DNA from: Candidatus Latescibacterota bacterium
Lineage (GTDB): Bacteria; Latescibacterota; UBA2968; GCA-2709665
Length of the DNA: 64,000 nt
NCBI GenBank assembly: GCA_965248435.1
Contig: OZ252100.1
Location: forward strand, 3,904,001-3,968,000
Direction: 5' to 3'
The position numbers and the translations under genes are program-made. The notes beneath the pieces are model-generated. The model saw only the letters and a program-made list of their open reading frames with translations. It ran no database searches and was not told the origin of the DNA. Below are positions 29,682 through 39,481 of this stretch, piece after piece (positions within the stretch are counted from its first letter, which is position 1; every line of letters begins with the position of its first letter).

Positions 29682-29976
29682 TCGGGTTTGCACCCTGCCG
29701 GTGCCTCATCGGTTGAGGATTTCACATAAGAATCCTCTGATCCACGGGTTCAAATGCGGGGATATGGATCATGAGCCAGAACAACGGGAAGTTCATAACG
29801 GGTATCATCAGCTACGGGGATCGCATCCACATGCATTGGGATGAAGATACCGGACTGAATACCCCGGACAAAATCGTGGTCCCTGAACCCGAATAGGAAA
29901 GGTGCTGCGACGACGATGTTGCAAGTAAGAGCGGATCGCAACTCACGCGAACGCCGATTCGAGAGGAAAACAGTCG

Positions 29977-31101
29977 TTGAAGGTCGTTTACAGGGGTACT
30001 TGCTACAGAGCTCCAGAAAACTCGAGCAGCCAGAGCTGCGCCTTTCCTGCGATCTGCGTCCTGCCCGGCAGACGCTGGATTTGCGGGTTTCGCGCTGCTC
30101 CGACGAAAGCGGCCACGACCGGACAGCACGTGCTGATCACATGGTCCGACGATGAGGGACGATCCTGGCAGGAGCCGACCGCCCCGTTCGGGCCGACGAC
30201 CGTCGAGGGCAGACCCGGGTTGTTTCGTGGCGCCTATCTGACTGCTCTAGGGGAGCGTCGCGTATTGGCCGTGTTGTGTTGGGTCGATCATTCAGATCCC
30301 GATCTCCCTTTCTTCAACGAGGTAACACAGGGGCTGCTCGATACGCGGATCTTTCTTGCTAGGTCCGAAGACGGCGGCGAGACGTGGTCGAATCCCGAGT
30401 TGATGGATACGTCCCCTTACAAACTGCCGACGCCCATCACCGGGCCGGTTCTGCTGTTATCCAACGGGGACTGGGCCTGCCAGTTCGAGCTCAACAAGCA
30501 TTATGAGGACCGTGCGGAGTGGCGACACTCGTCGGTGATGAAGTTCTCCTCTGACGGAGGGCGTAGCTGGCTCGAGCACGTCGTGACAGCGCACGATCCC
30601 GAAAACCGGATCTTCTACTGGGATCAACGCCCCGGAATCCTGGCCTCGGGCGATATTCTGAACCTGTTCTGGACGTACGACAATCGGGAATCCACGTATC
30701 GAAACATACACGCCAGCGTCTCCTCGGATCACGGACGCACCTGGTCGGAGTTGTGGGATACCGGAGTGCAAGAACAGCCCGCGCAGCCGGTGTCGCTGCC
30801 CGACGGGCGAATCGCCATGGCGTATGTCGACCGGTCGGGCGCGCCCGCGATCAGAATGCGCACGAGTGAGAACGGGGGTCGAAGCTGGCCAGATCGGACG
30901 GAGATGACGCTGTATGACAGTGAGGCGGGGAGCCAGAAGAAGAATAAGCAAAAGATGCAGGATGCCTGGTCCGAGATGCGAGGCTTTTCAGTCGGGTTGC
31001 CTGCAACAGCGTCTTTGAGCAATGGCGAGGTTGTCGTCGTCTACTACGCAGGTCCTGATAAAGACAATACAGAAATCCAGTGGGTCCGCGTGAGAGCGTA
31101 G
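29977..31101 (+). CDS. BNR/Asp-box beta-propeller (sialidase family) protein
   Basis: Repeated Asp-boxes SDDEGRSW, SEDGGETW, SSDGGRSW, SSDHGRTW, SENGGRSW; TTG start uncertain. Confidence 0.82.
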   Translation: MKVVYRGTCYRAPENSSSQSCAFPAICVLPGRRWICGFRAAPTKAATTGQHVLITWSDDEGRSWQEPTAPFGPTTVEGRPGLFRGAYLTALGERRVLAVLCWVDHSDPDLPFFNEVTQGLLDTRIFLARSEDGGETWSNPELMDTSPYKLPTPITGPVLLLSNGDWACQFELNKHYEDRAEWRHSSVMKFSSDGGRSWLEHVVTAHDPENRIFYWDQRPGILASGDILNLFWTYDNRESTYRNIHASVSSDHGRTWSELWDTGVQEQPAQPVSLPDGRIAMAYVDRSGAPAIRMRTSENGGRSWPDRTEMTLYDSEAGSQKKNKQKMQDAWSEMRGFSVGLPATASLSNGEVVVVYYAGPDKDNTEIQWVRVRA

Positions 31102-31172
31102 TTAGTAAAGGTTCATCACCGATTTCAAGGAATTGACATTGAAATAAATCCCCCCTGCCCCCCTTTTCCAAA

Positions 31173-32494
31173 GGTTCTTCGTCAAATGTTGGGGTAGAAA
31201 ATAGACGAGACAACGGCATCCGACCTATCTTCAGAGTATCCTCTATAAACCTGAAGGTAGAAAGGAGAGCGCGTTGTCTCAGGTGCAAAGTATATCCTTA
31301 CTGGGTAGGTGGCAAGGGTTTGTGGTAGTTGGCATTCAACGTCAGGAAGCAGACGTTGTTGGAGTCGAGTTACGTCCCAAGACAGGCCGCCTTCCTCGGT
31401 GTGGTGGTTGCGGGAAGAAGGCGTACCGGGTTCATGATTGGGCAGTGCGATTTGCTCAGGATTTGCCGATCTGGGGGTCTCGAACCAGGCTGATCGTGCA
31501 CTCCCGGCGCGTCCTATGTCCCCGATGTGGCTGCCGGACGGAGCAGATTGACTGGCTGGATCGGTATTCACGGGTCACTCAACGCCTGGCTGAAAGTGTT
31601 GTTCGATTGTGCGAAGTCCTGCCCATCCAGCACGTGGCACAGCACTATGGGATGAGCTGGAATACCGTGAAGCGCATTCACAAGACCCATCTCCAGCAAG
31701 AGCTGGAACCGCCGGATTTTGCCAGGGTCACGGTGATCGGCATGGACGAATTTGCGATCCAAAAGGGCCATCGCTACGCCACAGTGATTGTTGACATGGA
31801 GACCAAGCGTGTCCTATGGGTGGGTCGCGGCCGAAGTCGAGAGGACATCCGCCCGTTTTTCCACCTCCTTGGAGAAGAAGGCTGCAAGCAACTTGAGGCC
31901 GTGGCGATGGACATGAACGGTGCCTACGAAGAGGAGGTGCGATCCCATTGCCCGGATGTGGACATCATCTATGACCTGTATCACGTTAAAGCCAAGTACA
32001 ACCGCGACGTCGTCGAGCGAGTACGCATCGACGAACTGGGTCGGGTGCGCGGTGGCCGACCCGATCGCAAAGTGACTCAGAACCAACGGTGGTTGCTCCT
32101 GCGCAGCAAAGCAAATGTCACGAGCAAAGAAGACAGAGTGTCGCTAAGAGAATTGCTTTCTGCAAACAAACGCCTCTACACGGTATATCTCCTCAAAGAG
32201 GATCTCAATCATCTCTGGTCTTATCGATCCAGAGCTGCGGCCAACAGATTCTGGAATCAGTGGTATCGACGCGCCATCTACAGCAAGATCGAGCCACTCA
32301 AGAAATTCGCACGCAATCTGAAGACGTATATGCCAGGAATCCTAGCTCACTGTGACTATCCCATCGGGACAAGCCTGATTGAGGGAATTAACAACAAAAT
32401 CAAGGTCATCAAGCGGATGGCATATGGCTTCAGGGATGATAATTATTTCTTTCTTAGAATCCGCCACGCCTTCCCCGGAAATCGGTGATGAACC
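31173..32494 (+). mobile_element. ISL3-family insertion sequence
   Basis: Left end GGTTCTTCGTCAAATGTTGGGG, right end GGAAATCGGTGATGAACC; flanked by TTTCCAAA and TTTACAAA. Confidence 0.88.
31274..32488 (+). CDS. ISL3 family transposase
   Basis: Zn finger CGGC...CPRC, IGMDEFAIQKGHRY, AVAMDM, YDLYHV, EGINNKIKVIKRMAYGFR. Confidence 0.95.
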   Translation: MSQVQSISLLGRWQGFVVVGIQRQEADVVGVELRPKTGRLPRCGGCGKKAYRVHDWAVRFAQDLPIWGSRTRLIVHSRRVLCPRCGCRTEQIDWLDRYSRVTQRLAESVVRLCEVLPIQHVAQHYGMSWNTVKRIHKTHLQQELEPPDFARVTVIGMDEFAIQKGHRYATVIVDMETKRVLWVGRGRSREDIRPFFHLLGEEGCKQLEAVAMDMNGAYEEEVRSHCPDVDIIYDLYHVKAKYNRDVVERVRIDELGRVRGGRPDRKVTQNQRWLLLRSKANVTSKEDRVSLRELLSANKRLYTVYLLKEDLNHLWSYRSRAAANRFWNQWYRRAIYSKIEPLKKFARNLKTYMPGILAHCDYPIGTSLIEGINNKIKVIKRMAYGFRDDNYFFLRIRHAFPGNR

Positions 32495-32555
32495 TTTACA
32501 AAGGCTCTTCACCAAATTCCGGGGAGGGTGGGGGATTTCGAGGCAAATACAGACC

Positions 32556-33608
32556 CTGAGTTCAATAAGGAAGTGCAACACTTAGGGTAGCAACTGTCCT
32601 ATCCTAAGTGTATGGGAAACAATTACAAGCATCTTACGATAGACGAACGCGAGCAGATTGCGCTTTGTCGAGCCACTGGTGCAAGCCTTAGAGATATTGC
32701 CAAGGCCCTTGACCGGAGCGCCAGCACGATTTCAAGAGAGTTGAAACGTAATCCGTCCCCGATAGCTGAGAGTTACTCGGGCCTCCAGGCTCACAGAAGG
32801 GCTGAGAAACGTAAGCGGGAGGCCGGCAAGCGGAAACGGCTGAAGAATCCGGTTATCCGGCGATATGTCGAGACCAAACTCAAGCAAGGATGGTCTCCCG
32901 AGTTGATCGCTGGGAGGCTTCCCGAGGAGCGTCCGAGCGCGGGTATCAGCCACGAAGCCATCTACCAGTATATCTACGATCCAAAGGTGCACAAGCAGCG
33001 GGATCTGGTTGCTTGCTTATCCCGAGCTCACAAAAAACGAAAGCCGCGGTGGCATACCCGAAAACACCGGGAAAGCCACATTCCAGGCCGTATTTCGATC
33101 GATCGACGTCCCCGTTACATCGAAAAACGGAAACAACCTGGCCACTGGGAATCCGACACCATCATCTCTCGTGAGAGCAAACAGGCCGTTGGCGCTTGTC
33201 TTGAGCGATCGTCGAGATACCTACACCTGGCTAAGCTGGCAAAGAACGGACCCTCGGAGGTCGCCGAAGCGATTAATCGACGCCTTGGGCGACATCCTCC
33301 CCACATGAGGAAGAGCATCACATATGACAACGGATCCGAAAACGGCCAACATCAACGGGTCAACGAGGTGCTTGGCACCAAATCCTATTTCTGCAAACCG
33401 TTCCACAGCTGGGAGCGAGGCGCTGTGGAAAACGCTATCGGTCTGGTCCGCAGATACCTCCCCAAGAAGACAGACTTCTCAAAGGTCAGCAAACACGAGT
33501 TAAAGAAAATTCAGAACCGGATCAACAACCGACCAAGAAAATGTCTTAACTTCAAAACACCAGCTGAAGTCTTCAAGTCCAAGTGTTGCACTTAGTCATT
33601 GAATCCAG
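32556..33608 (+). mobile_element. IS30-family insertion sequence
   Basis: Imperfect inverted repeats CTGAGTTCAATAAGGAAGTGCAACACTT / AAGTGTTGCACTTAGTCATTGAATCCAG; exact ends uncertain by 1-2 bp. Confidence 0.85.
32612..33595 (+). CDS. IS30 family transposase
   Basis: YKHLTIDEREQI HTH, STISRELKRN, WSPELIAGRL, GHWESDT, ITYDNGSE, WERGAVEN, INNRPRKCL. Confidence 0.95.
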   Translation: MGNNYKHLTIDEREQIALCRATGASLRDIAKALDRSASTISRELKRNPSPIAESYSGLQAHRRAEKRKREAGKRKRLKNPVIRRYVETKLKQGWSPELIAGRLPEERPSAGISHEAIYQYIYDPKVHKQRDLVACLSRAHKKRKPRWHTRKHRESHIPGRISIDRRPRYIEKRKQPGHWESDTIISRESKQAVGACLERSSRYLHLAKLAKNGPSEVAEAINRRLGRHPPHMRKSITYDNGSENGQHQRVNEVLGTKSYFCKPFHSWERGAVENAIGLVRRYLPKKTDFSKVSKHELKKIQNRINNRPRKCLNFKTPAEVFKSKCCT

Positions 33609-34359
33609 CGACATGATTCTTGGTCACCAAGCGTTCGCCTCCACCCCACCCAACATCCATGCCTCCGGCGGCCTACTTTTCTTGTCTCGCCACAAGAAAA
33701 GTAGGCAAAAGAAAGGCTCCGCTCAGGCGCCGCGGGGCTCGGGCCGCGGCACCTTACCCTCAGTGGAAAAAACGATCACGGCAGGAAGGCCAAATCCTCA
33801 CCACGTGCTCACGATCACTGAGGAACCAATCCGCTGGGAGGAGAAATCCACTCCTTGCAAGGTAAGTCGCACACCGCGGCCCTGACGGACTTGAGTGATA
33901 CAGTTCGCAAGTTCCAAGACCCTTCACAAATCGGCCAGTTCTACAATTAGAGCACATTACCTTAGCCCCCAACATTTGACGAAGAACCTTTCCAAAGGGG
34001 GGACATTGCTCTAAATGATGTGGATTCTTTATTCAGAAAGCTAATTCTTCCCCCTTTGAAAAAGCATGTCCCGAGCTTGCCGAGGGAGGGGATTGAGGGG
34101 GATTTCAAGATGCATCACTGCAGGGGAGTCGCACACCGCGGCCCTGATGGTTTCACCCGATGCATTTGGCGACCTTCAGGATCGCGGGCAAGTCGGCGAT
34201 TCTACGAATAGAATTCAGTACCAGACCCAACATTTGACGAAGAACTTTAGTAAAAACGGTCGACGGCGGATGCAACCGTTCCGCCAGAATCTCAGCATAG
34301 GGAGGGATTGGAGCGATGCCTTGCTTGAGGATCCTCTTGGCGCCGGGTAGGAGGATGAG

Positions 34360-35817
34360 ATGGCGGACGATCGGAGCCTAGCGAGCGAGCTATATCAACT
34401 CACCGCAACGCAGGTGGTCGCGATGCTCGGCCGCGGCGAGGTGTCACCGCTCGAGCTGGTCGATGCGGCGGTGGCGCGCATCGAGGCGACGGATCGGCAC
34501 TTGAACGCGTTGCCCACGCTGTGCGTGGACCGAGCGCGAGACCATGCGCGCCGAATCATGAAGCACGGCCGCCCGGATGGAGACGGACCGTGGCTCGGGG
34601 GGCTGCCGCTCGCGATCAAGGATCTCAACGAGGTGGCGGGGGTGCGCACCACGTTCGGTTCGCCGATTTTCGCCCACCACGTGCCGGAGCGTTCCGACAT
34701 TCTCGTAGAGGCCCTCGAGGCGCGAGGCGGGATCGTGCTCGCGAAGTCCAACACCCCGGAGTTCGGTGCCGGCGCGAGCACGTTCAACGAGGTGCTCGGC
34801 AAGACCCGCAATCCCTGGAACACCGACAAATCGGTAGCGGGCTCGTCCGGCGGCGCGGCCGCCGCGCTTGCGGCCGGCCAGGTGTGGCTCGCGCACGGCA
34901 GTGATCTCGGCGGCAGCCTGCGCATCCCCGCGAGCTTCAACGGCGTCATCGGGCTGCGCCCCAGCCCGGGCCGGGTGGCGAGCGGCCCTTCTTCGATGCC
35001 GTTCGACACGCTGTCTGTCAACGGACCGATGGCGCGCACCGCGCGCGATACCGCGCTGTTTCTCGACGCGCTGTGCGGCGAGCACCCGTGCGACCCCCTG
35101 ACCTTCCCCGCGCCGGCGCGCTCGTTTCTCGAGGCGGTCGAGGCTGCGGAGGCGCCGCGACGGATCGGATTCAGCGAGGACCTCGGGATCGTACCAGTGG
35201 ACCCGGAAGTCGCCGCGATCTGCGAGCGCGCCGCGCGCCGCTTCGAAGACCTCGGCGCGATCGTGGAACCGGCTTGCCCCGATTTCTCGCAAGCGTTCGA
35301 GTGTTTCCAGACCCTGCGCGCCGCCCAGTACGTCGCCGGGCACGGCGAACACCTGAGAGAGCATCGAACCCTGCTCAAGCAGGACATCATCTGGAACACC
35401 GAGAAGGGGCTCGCCCAGTCGGCCGAGGACGTGGCGGCGGCGGAGCTCGCGCGCGGCGCGCTCTATGAGGACACCGCGCGTTTCTTCGAGAACTACGACT
35501 TGCTGCTCTGTCCGACCGTCATCGTGCCGCCGTTCGACGTGGACGTACGCTATGTCGACGAGGTCCAAGGCCACAAGTTCGACAACTACGTGCACTGGCT
35601 CGCGCTAACGTTCGCAGTCACCCTCACGGCGTGCCCGGCGCTCTCGGCCCCGGCCGGGATGACCGAGGGCGGTCTCCCGGTCGGCCTGCAGATCATCGGC
35701 CCGCCCCGGGGAGAAGCTCGCATCCTCGCCGCCGCCGAGCTGCTGGAGCGCTCGAGCGGGCTCGCCGCGAAGCTTCCGATCGATCCACTAGACGCGTCGG
35801 GACGGGCGTTGGGGTGA
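34360..35817 (+). CDS. Amidase signature family protein
   Basis: GLPLAIKD, KSNTPEFG, GSSGGAAAA, GSDLGGSLRIPASFNG. Confidence 0.93.
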   Translation: MADDRSLASELYQLTATQVVAMLGRGEVSPLELVDAAVARIEATDRHLNALPTLCVDRARDHARRIMKHGRPDGDGPWLGGLPLAIKDLNEVAGVRTTFGSPIFAHHVPERSDILVEALEARGGIVLAKSNTPEFGAGASTFNEVLGKTRNPWNTDKSVAGSSGGAAAALAAGQVWLAHGSDLGGSLRIPASFNGVIGLRPSPGRVASGPSSMPFDTLSVNGPMARTARDTALFLDALCGEHPCDPLTFPAPARSFLEAVEAAEAPRRIGFSEDLGIVPVDPEVAAICERAARRFEDLGAIVEPACPDFSQAFECFQTLRAAQYVAGHGEHLREHRTLLKQDIIWNTEKGLAQSAEDVAAAELARGALYEDTARFFENYDLLLCPTVIVPPFDVDVRYVDEVQGHKFDNYVHWLALTFAVTLTACPALSAPAGMTEGGLPVGLQIIGPPRGEARILAAAELLERSSGLAAKLPIDPLDASGRALG

Positions 35818-35871
35818 AGCCCGGGTCAAGCGCGGAACCGTAAATCCGTGTTCGTCGAATAGGACGTTATT

Positions 35872-35990
35872 CAATTGCGGATTTGGGATTGGGGATTGAA
35901 AGACAAATTTCACCGCAGATGACGCAGAGAAAATCGAATAGAATGAATAAGAGACAAAGACAATCGTTGCGAGATACGAGATACGGATTC
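35872..35990. repeat. Heptamer (GCGGATT/GGGATT, GAGATAC) and CACCGCAGATGACGCAGAG units
   Basis: Same units as at 19147, 22029, 26981 and 28301. Confidence 0.6.
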
Positions 35991-36009
35991 ACCCACTGGA
36001 GGCCTGAAG

Positions 36010-37596
36010 GTGAGCCCCCCATCGCCCGCCGTGTCTGACCTGGAAGCGCTGCGCGCCGAGCGGAAGCGGATTGCACGGCGCAAGCGACGGCTCGTCGTGC
36101 ACTCAGACGGCATGCACATGGAAGAGGGTAAACAGGCACTCGAGACGTATCCGTGCATCTTTCCTGACCTTCCAGGCACCCCGGTGGACACCCTGACCTA
36201 CTCCCTGATTCATCAGTTCAACGTGGCCAGGCTCTACCGGTCCCAGGTCGCCCAGGAATGGCCGCCGGGTCACGTAGCGGAGGTCTACGGCGACGGCCCC
36301 GACGGCCTAGAGGTCTACATCGATTTCTGCCGCAAGAACGGCTACGAGGCCTTTTGGGCCATGCGGATGAACGACACGCACGACGCGATGGACACCGAAC
36401 ACGGCTGGATGCGATGGAACAGCAACCCCTGGAAACAGGCCCGCACGGAGCTCCTGGTCGGGACACGCGAGGAGGTGCCACCGCACGGCCGCTGGAGCGC
36501 CCTGGACTTTTCGTTCGACGAGGTCCGGGAGCAGGTGTTCCTGATTCTGGAGGAAGTCTGCCGCCGCTACGACGTGGACGGCATCAAGCTCGACTTTTTT
36601 CGGCACCCGACCTGTTTCCGGTCGACCGCGTGGGGAGGGGAGGCGACCGATGAAGAGTGCGAGTTGATGACCGGGTTGATCCGCCGCATCCGGGAGATGA
36701 CCGAATCGGTCGGACTCGAACGGGGCCGGCCGATCCTGTTCGCCGCCCGAACCCCGGACTCGACGGCCTACTCGCGCGGGCTCGGGCTGGACGTGGAGGC
36801 ATGGATGCGCCAGGACCTGATCGACATCTGGGTCGGGGGTGGATACATCGTCCTTCGAGACTGGGAGGAGGCCGTGGAGATCGCGCACCGACTGGGGTGT
36901 CAGTTCTGGGCAGGACTGGACGAATCCCGGGCCGGGAGTGGGTCCGGGGGCTACAACTCCCCGGAGGCCTAGCGTGCCCGAGTCCTTACCGCGTGGTCCG
37001 CCCGCGTGGACGCCATCTTTCTGTTCAATTTCATGTACGCGCCGAATACGCCCTCGTTCGACGTTTTGCACGATCTTCACAGCCCCGAGGGGCTGGACCT
37101 GAAGGACAAGATGGTTGTTCCGAACCCGACCTACGAGTATGACACGGCCGGAGACTGGTTGAAGGATGGAGACAGGCACTTTCGCCGACCCGGCGGGTTC
37201 TCGCCCGGGAGCTCCGCAGTGCTGAAAGGCGGCGTGTCCCGCACGGTAGAGCTACGCATTGACGACGATCTCGGCGCGGCCGTTGAGGGCGGGCATGCCC
37301 CATCCGTCAAACTGGGTCTCCATCTCGACGGCGCAGAGAGCGTCTCCGACGTGGCGTTGGCCTTCAACGACGCTTCGATGTCAGACGCCGCCTTCGCCGT
37401 GGAATCGGGAGAGGGGCCGGACTTCTACGACCAGAAAGGTAAGGTCTTCGCCATGCCGTGTCCCGGCCGTTGGCTGCTGTACGACATCCCGCTGGAACGC
37501 GTTAAATCAGGACTAAATCAGGTCTGCATTTCAGCCGCAGCCTCTTCTCGGCTCACCCTGAACGATCTGCGGGTCTGGGTCCGCTATCCGGGTTAA
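36010..37596 (+). pseudogene. GHL10-like (family 10 glycosylhydrolase-like) TIM-barrel protein interrupted by an in-frame TAG at 36970-36972
   Basis: MRMNDTHD, ALDFS..EVRE, YDVDGIKLDFFRHP. The frame continues after the stop as EA*RARVLTAWSARVDAIFLFNF into ORF 37006-37596, which is in the same frame. Confidence 0.75.
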
Positions 37597-37609
37597 ATCG
37601 TCAACCACC

Positions 37610-38353
37610 ATGTCCTTGTCCTTCAGCTCCCGCGTCTCCGTGTTCGATGCGAACGTCGGTGTCGGACACCGTCCGGACCGGAGCTATCCGTTCGATTCAT
37701 CGGGTCAGCTGCTCGAAGAGATGTCACGCCACGGGGTCGGCCGCGCGCTCGTCTACGCTGTCCAAGGCGAATCGATCAGCCCGACTCAGGGCAACGACTC
37801 ACTCGCTGCATGGACCGATCGGAACGACCCGCTCGTTCCTCAGTTCGTGGCTGGATGCGACTCTGGATCGCTGAGCCAGCTGGCCGACCTCCATCAGGAC
37901 GGCCTGGTCTCGAGCGTTCGGCTGCACAACACCACGGAGTGCGGTCTGCCGTTCGCCCCGTGGCTCTACGGCGACCTGCTCTCCTGGCTGAGCGCTGAGC
38001 GCATCCCCATCTGGATCTCGCTGGCAGACACGCCTCCGACCGAGATCGTCGACACATTGTGTGGCACTCCGGACCTGACCGTCGTGTTGGTCGGCGCCCA
38101 CTACAGGCATTCGATGATGGTCCGTCCGATGATGCGCGCGCTGCCCGAAGCGTTCCTGGAACTCAGCCGCTACGAGAACATCTGCGGCATCGAAAAGCTC
38201 GTTCAGGAGTTTGGCGCGGGCCGCCTGCTATACGGGTCCTTCTTCCCAAGATATGCGATGGGACCGATGCTGTTCGCACTCCATCATCTGGAGATCTCGG
38301 AGGAGGATCTCACGTCAATCTGCGGGACGAATCTGGAGCGAATTCTGAGCTAA
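37610..38353 (+). CDS. Amidohydrolase-2 family protein (degenerate metal site)
   Basis: VFDANVGVG in place of DxHxH; FGAGRLLYGSFFP; ICGTNLERIL. Confidence 0.78.
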   Translation: MSLSFSSRVSVFDANVGVGHRPDRSYPFDSSGQLLEEMSRHGVGRALVYAVQGESISPTQGNDSLAAWTDRNDPLVPQFVAGCDSGSLSQLADLHQDGLVSSVRLHNTTECGLPFAPWLYGDLLSWLSAERIPIWISLADTPPTEIVDTLCGTPDLTVVLVGAHYRHSMMVRPMMRALPEAFLELSRYENICGIEKLVQEFGAGRLLYGSFFPRYAMGPMLFALHHLEISEEDLTSICGTNLERILS

Positions 38354-38397
38354 AGAGGATCAATGGTTCAGATGGAAACGAATCGTCCTTGCCGAAA

Positions 38398-38460
38398 CAA
38401 ATCCCCCCTGCCCCCCTTTGGAAAAGGGGGATTGAGGGGGATTTCAGAATGCATCACTGC
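38398..38460. repeat. Palindromic repeat family H (AAATCCCCCCT.CCCCCCTTT..AAAGGGGG...GGGGATTT), uninterrupted copy
   Basis: Related copies at 31146-34120 and 40920-41480 are split by ISL3-type elements. Confidence 0.75.
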
Positions 38461-38533
38461 ACACAGCGCAAGGGACGGGCGCAGCAAAAGGGCTGAATTC
38501 TTCCGCCCATCTTGTGCTCGCTGTGGGACCTGC

Positions 38534-38642
38534 ACCCACCCCGCCCCTGCGGGGCACCCCTCCCAGGAGGGGATTCTGAGTGACCGTGTCGTAAACGCAG
38601 TGAATATGAAGTCCCCTCCTCGGAGGGGATTTAGGGGTGGGT
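38534..38642. repeat. Inverted palindromic repeat (ACCCACCCC...CCCCTCCCAGGAGGGGA ... TCCCCTCCTCGGAGGGGA...GGGGTGGGT)
   Basis: Terminal inverted repeats with internal hairpins. Confidence 0.65.
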
Positions 38643-38645
38643 CTT

Positions 38646-39395
38646 ATGATTGACGGTCAGGAAATCATAGACTTCCACGGCCACGTCGGTCGGTGGGACA
38701 CGTTCGAAATGAACGATGACGCCGAAGAGATTGTCAGCGCGATGGACGCCGGGGACATCGATCGGAGCTGCCTGTTCAACATCTTTCACCCGGACGGCAC
38801 GACGGGCAATGACCAGACCGCGGCGTATGTGGCTCGATACCCCGACAGGTTTATCGGCTTCGCCTATGTCTCTCCGCTGATGCCAGAACGTATCCTACCC
38901 GAGCTGGAACGGGCGATCGACCAGCTCGGCTTTCTCGCGATCAAGATCTACCCGCCCTATACCCACTGGTCGTTGAACGATCCTGTCTGGGACCCGATCT
39001 ACCGGTTCGCGGACGGCCGTGGTCTGGCGGTCATCTCCCACACGGGGGAGGGAGAAACGTGTTCGCCCGTCTACGTCGAGGACATCGCCTGCCGTTTCCC
39101 CGACGCGAGATTCGTGATCGGCCATTCGGGCAATTCCGAGCCGTACCGCAGTCAGGCGATCCAGGCGGCGCGGCGATTCTCGAACGTCTACCTCGAAACG
39201 TGCTCCACCTTCCGCGAACCCGGCGTGATCGAGAGACTGGTCGCCGAGGCGGGTGCGGATCGCGTGGTCTTCGGGTCGGACGTCCCGCTCATGGATCCGA
39301 GACCGCAGCTGGGTAAGATCATTACCGCCAGGATCAGCGATGAGGAAAAACGCCTCGTGCTTGGAGAAAACTCAAAAAGACTGTTAAGACTGTAA
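38646..39395 (+). CDS. Amidohydrolase-2 family metallohydrolase
   Basis: IIDFHGHVG, AIKIYP, ISHTG, VIGHSG, NVYLET, RVVFGSDVP. Confidence 0.88.
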   Translation: MIDGQEIIDFHGHVGRWDTFEMNDDAEEIVSAMDAGDIDRSCLFNIFHPDGTTGNDQTAAYVARYPDRFIGFAYVSPLMPERILPELERAIDQLGFLAIKIYPPYTHWSLNDPVWDPIYRFADGRGLAVISHTGEGETCSPVYVEDIACRFPDARFVIGHSGNSEPYRSQAIQAARRFSNVYLETCSTFREPGVIERLVAEAGADRVVFGSDVPLMDPRPQLGKIITARISDEEKRLVLGENSKRLLRL

Positions 39396-39481
39396 CGGGG
39401 TGTTGAGAAGTTTCGGTCCAAGCGTTACCTTGCACGGGAAAGCTTTCCTGTATTCGTGGTTGTCCTGCTGGGGATTGTTCA

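Larger units (their letters stand above)
32503..33988 (-). mobile_element. ISL3-derived MITE (reverse orientation) interrupted by IS30
   Basis: Ends GGCTCTTCACC (32503) and CCCCAACATTTGACGAAGAACC (33988), followed by TTTCCAAA. Homologous to 40948-41376. Confidence 0.75.
31110..34246 (-). mobile_element. Outer ISL3-derived non-autonomous element hosting nested insertions
   Basis: Ends GGTTCATCACCGATTTC (31110) and CCCAACATTTGACGAAGAACT (34246) match the ISL3 ends in reverse. Flanked by direct repeat TTAGTAAA (31102-31109 and 34247-34254). Confidence 0.7.

Noticed and set aside
36970-36972. Pyrrolysine or stop-codon reassignment
   Set aside because: Only one case, no pyl genes seen, TAG terminates other genes normally, and the context fits Tyr.
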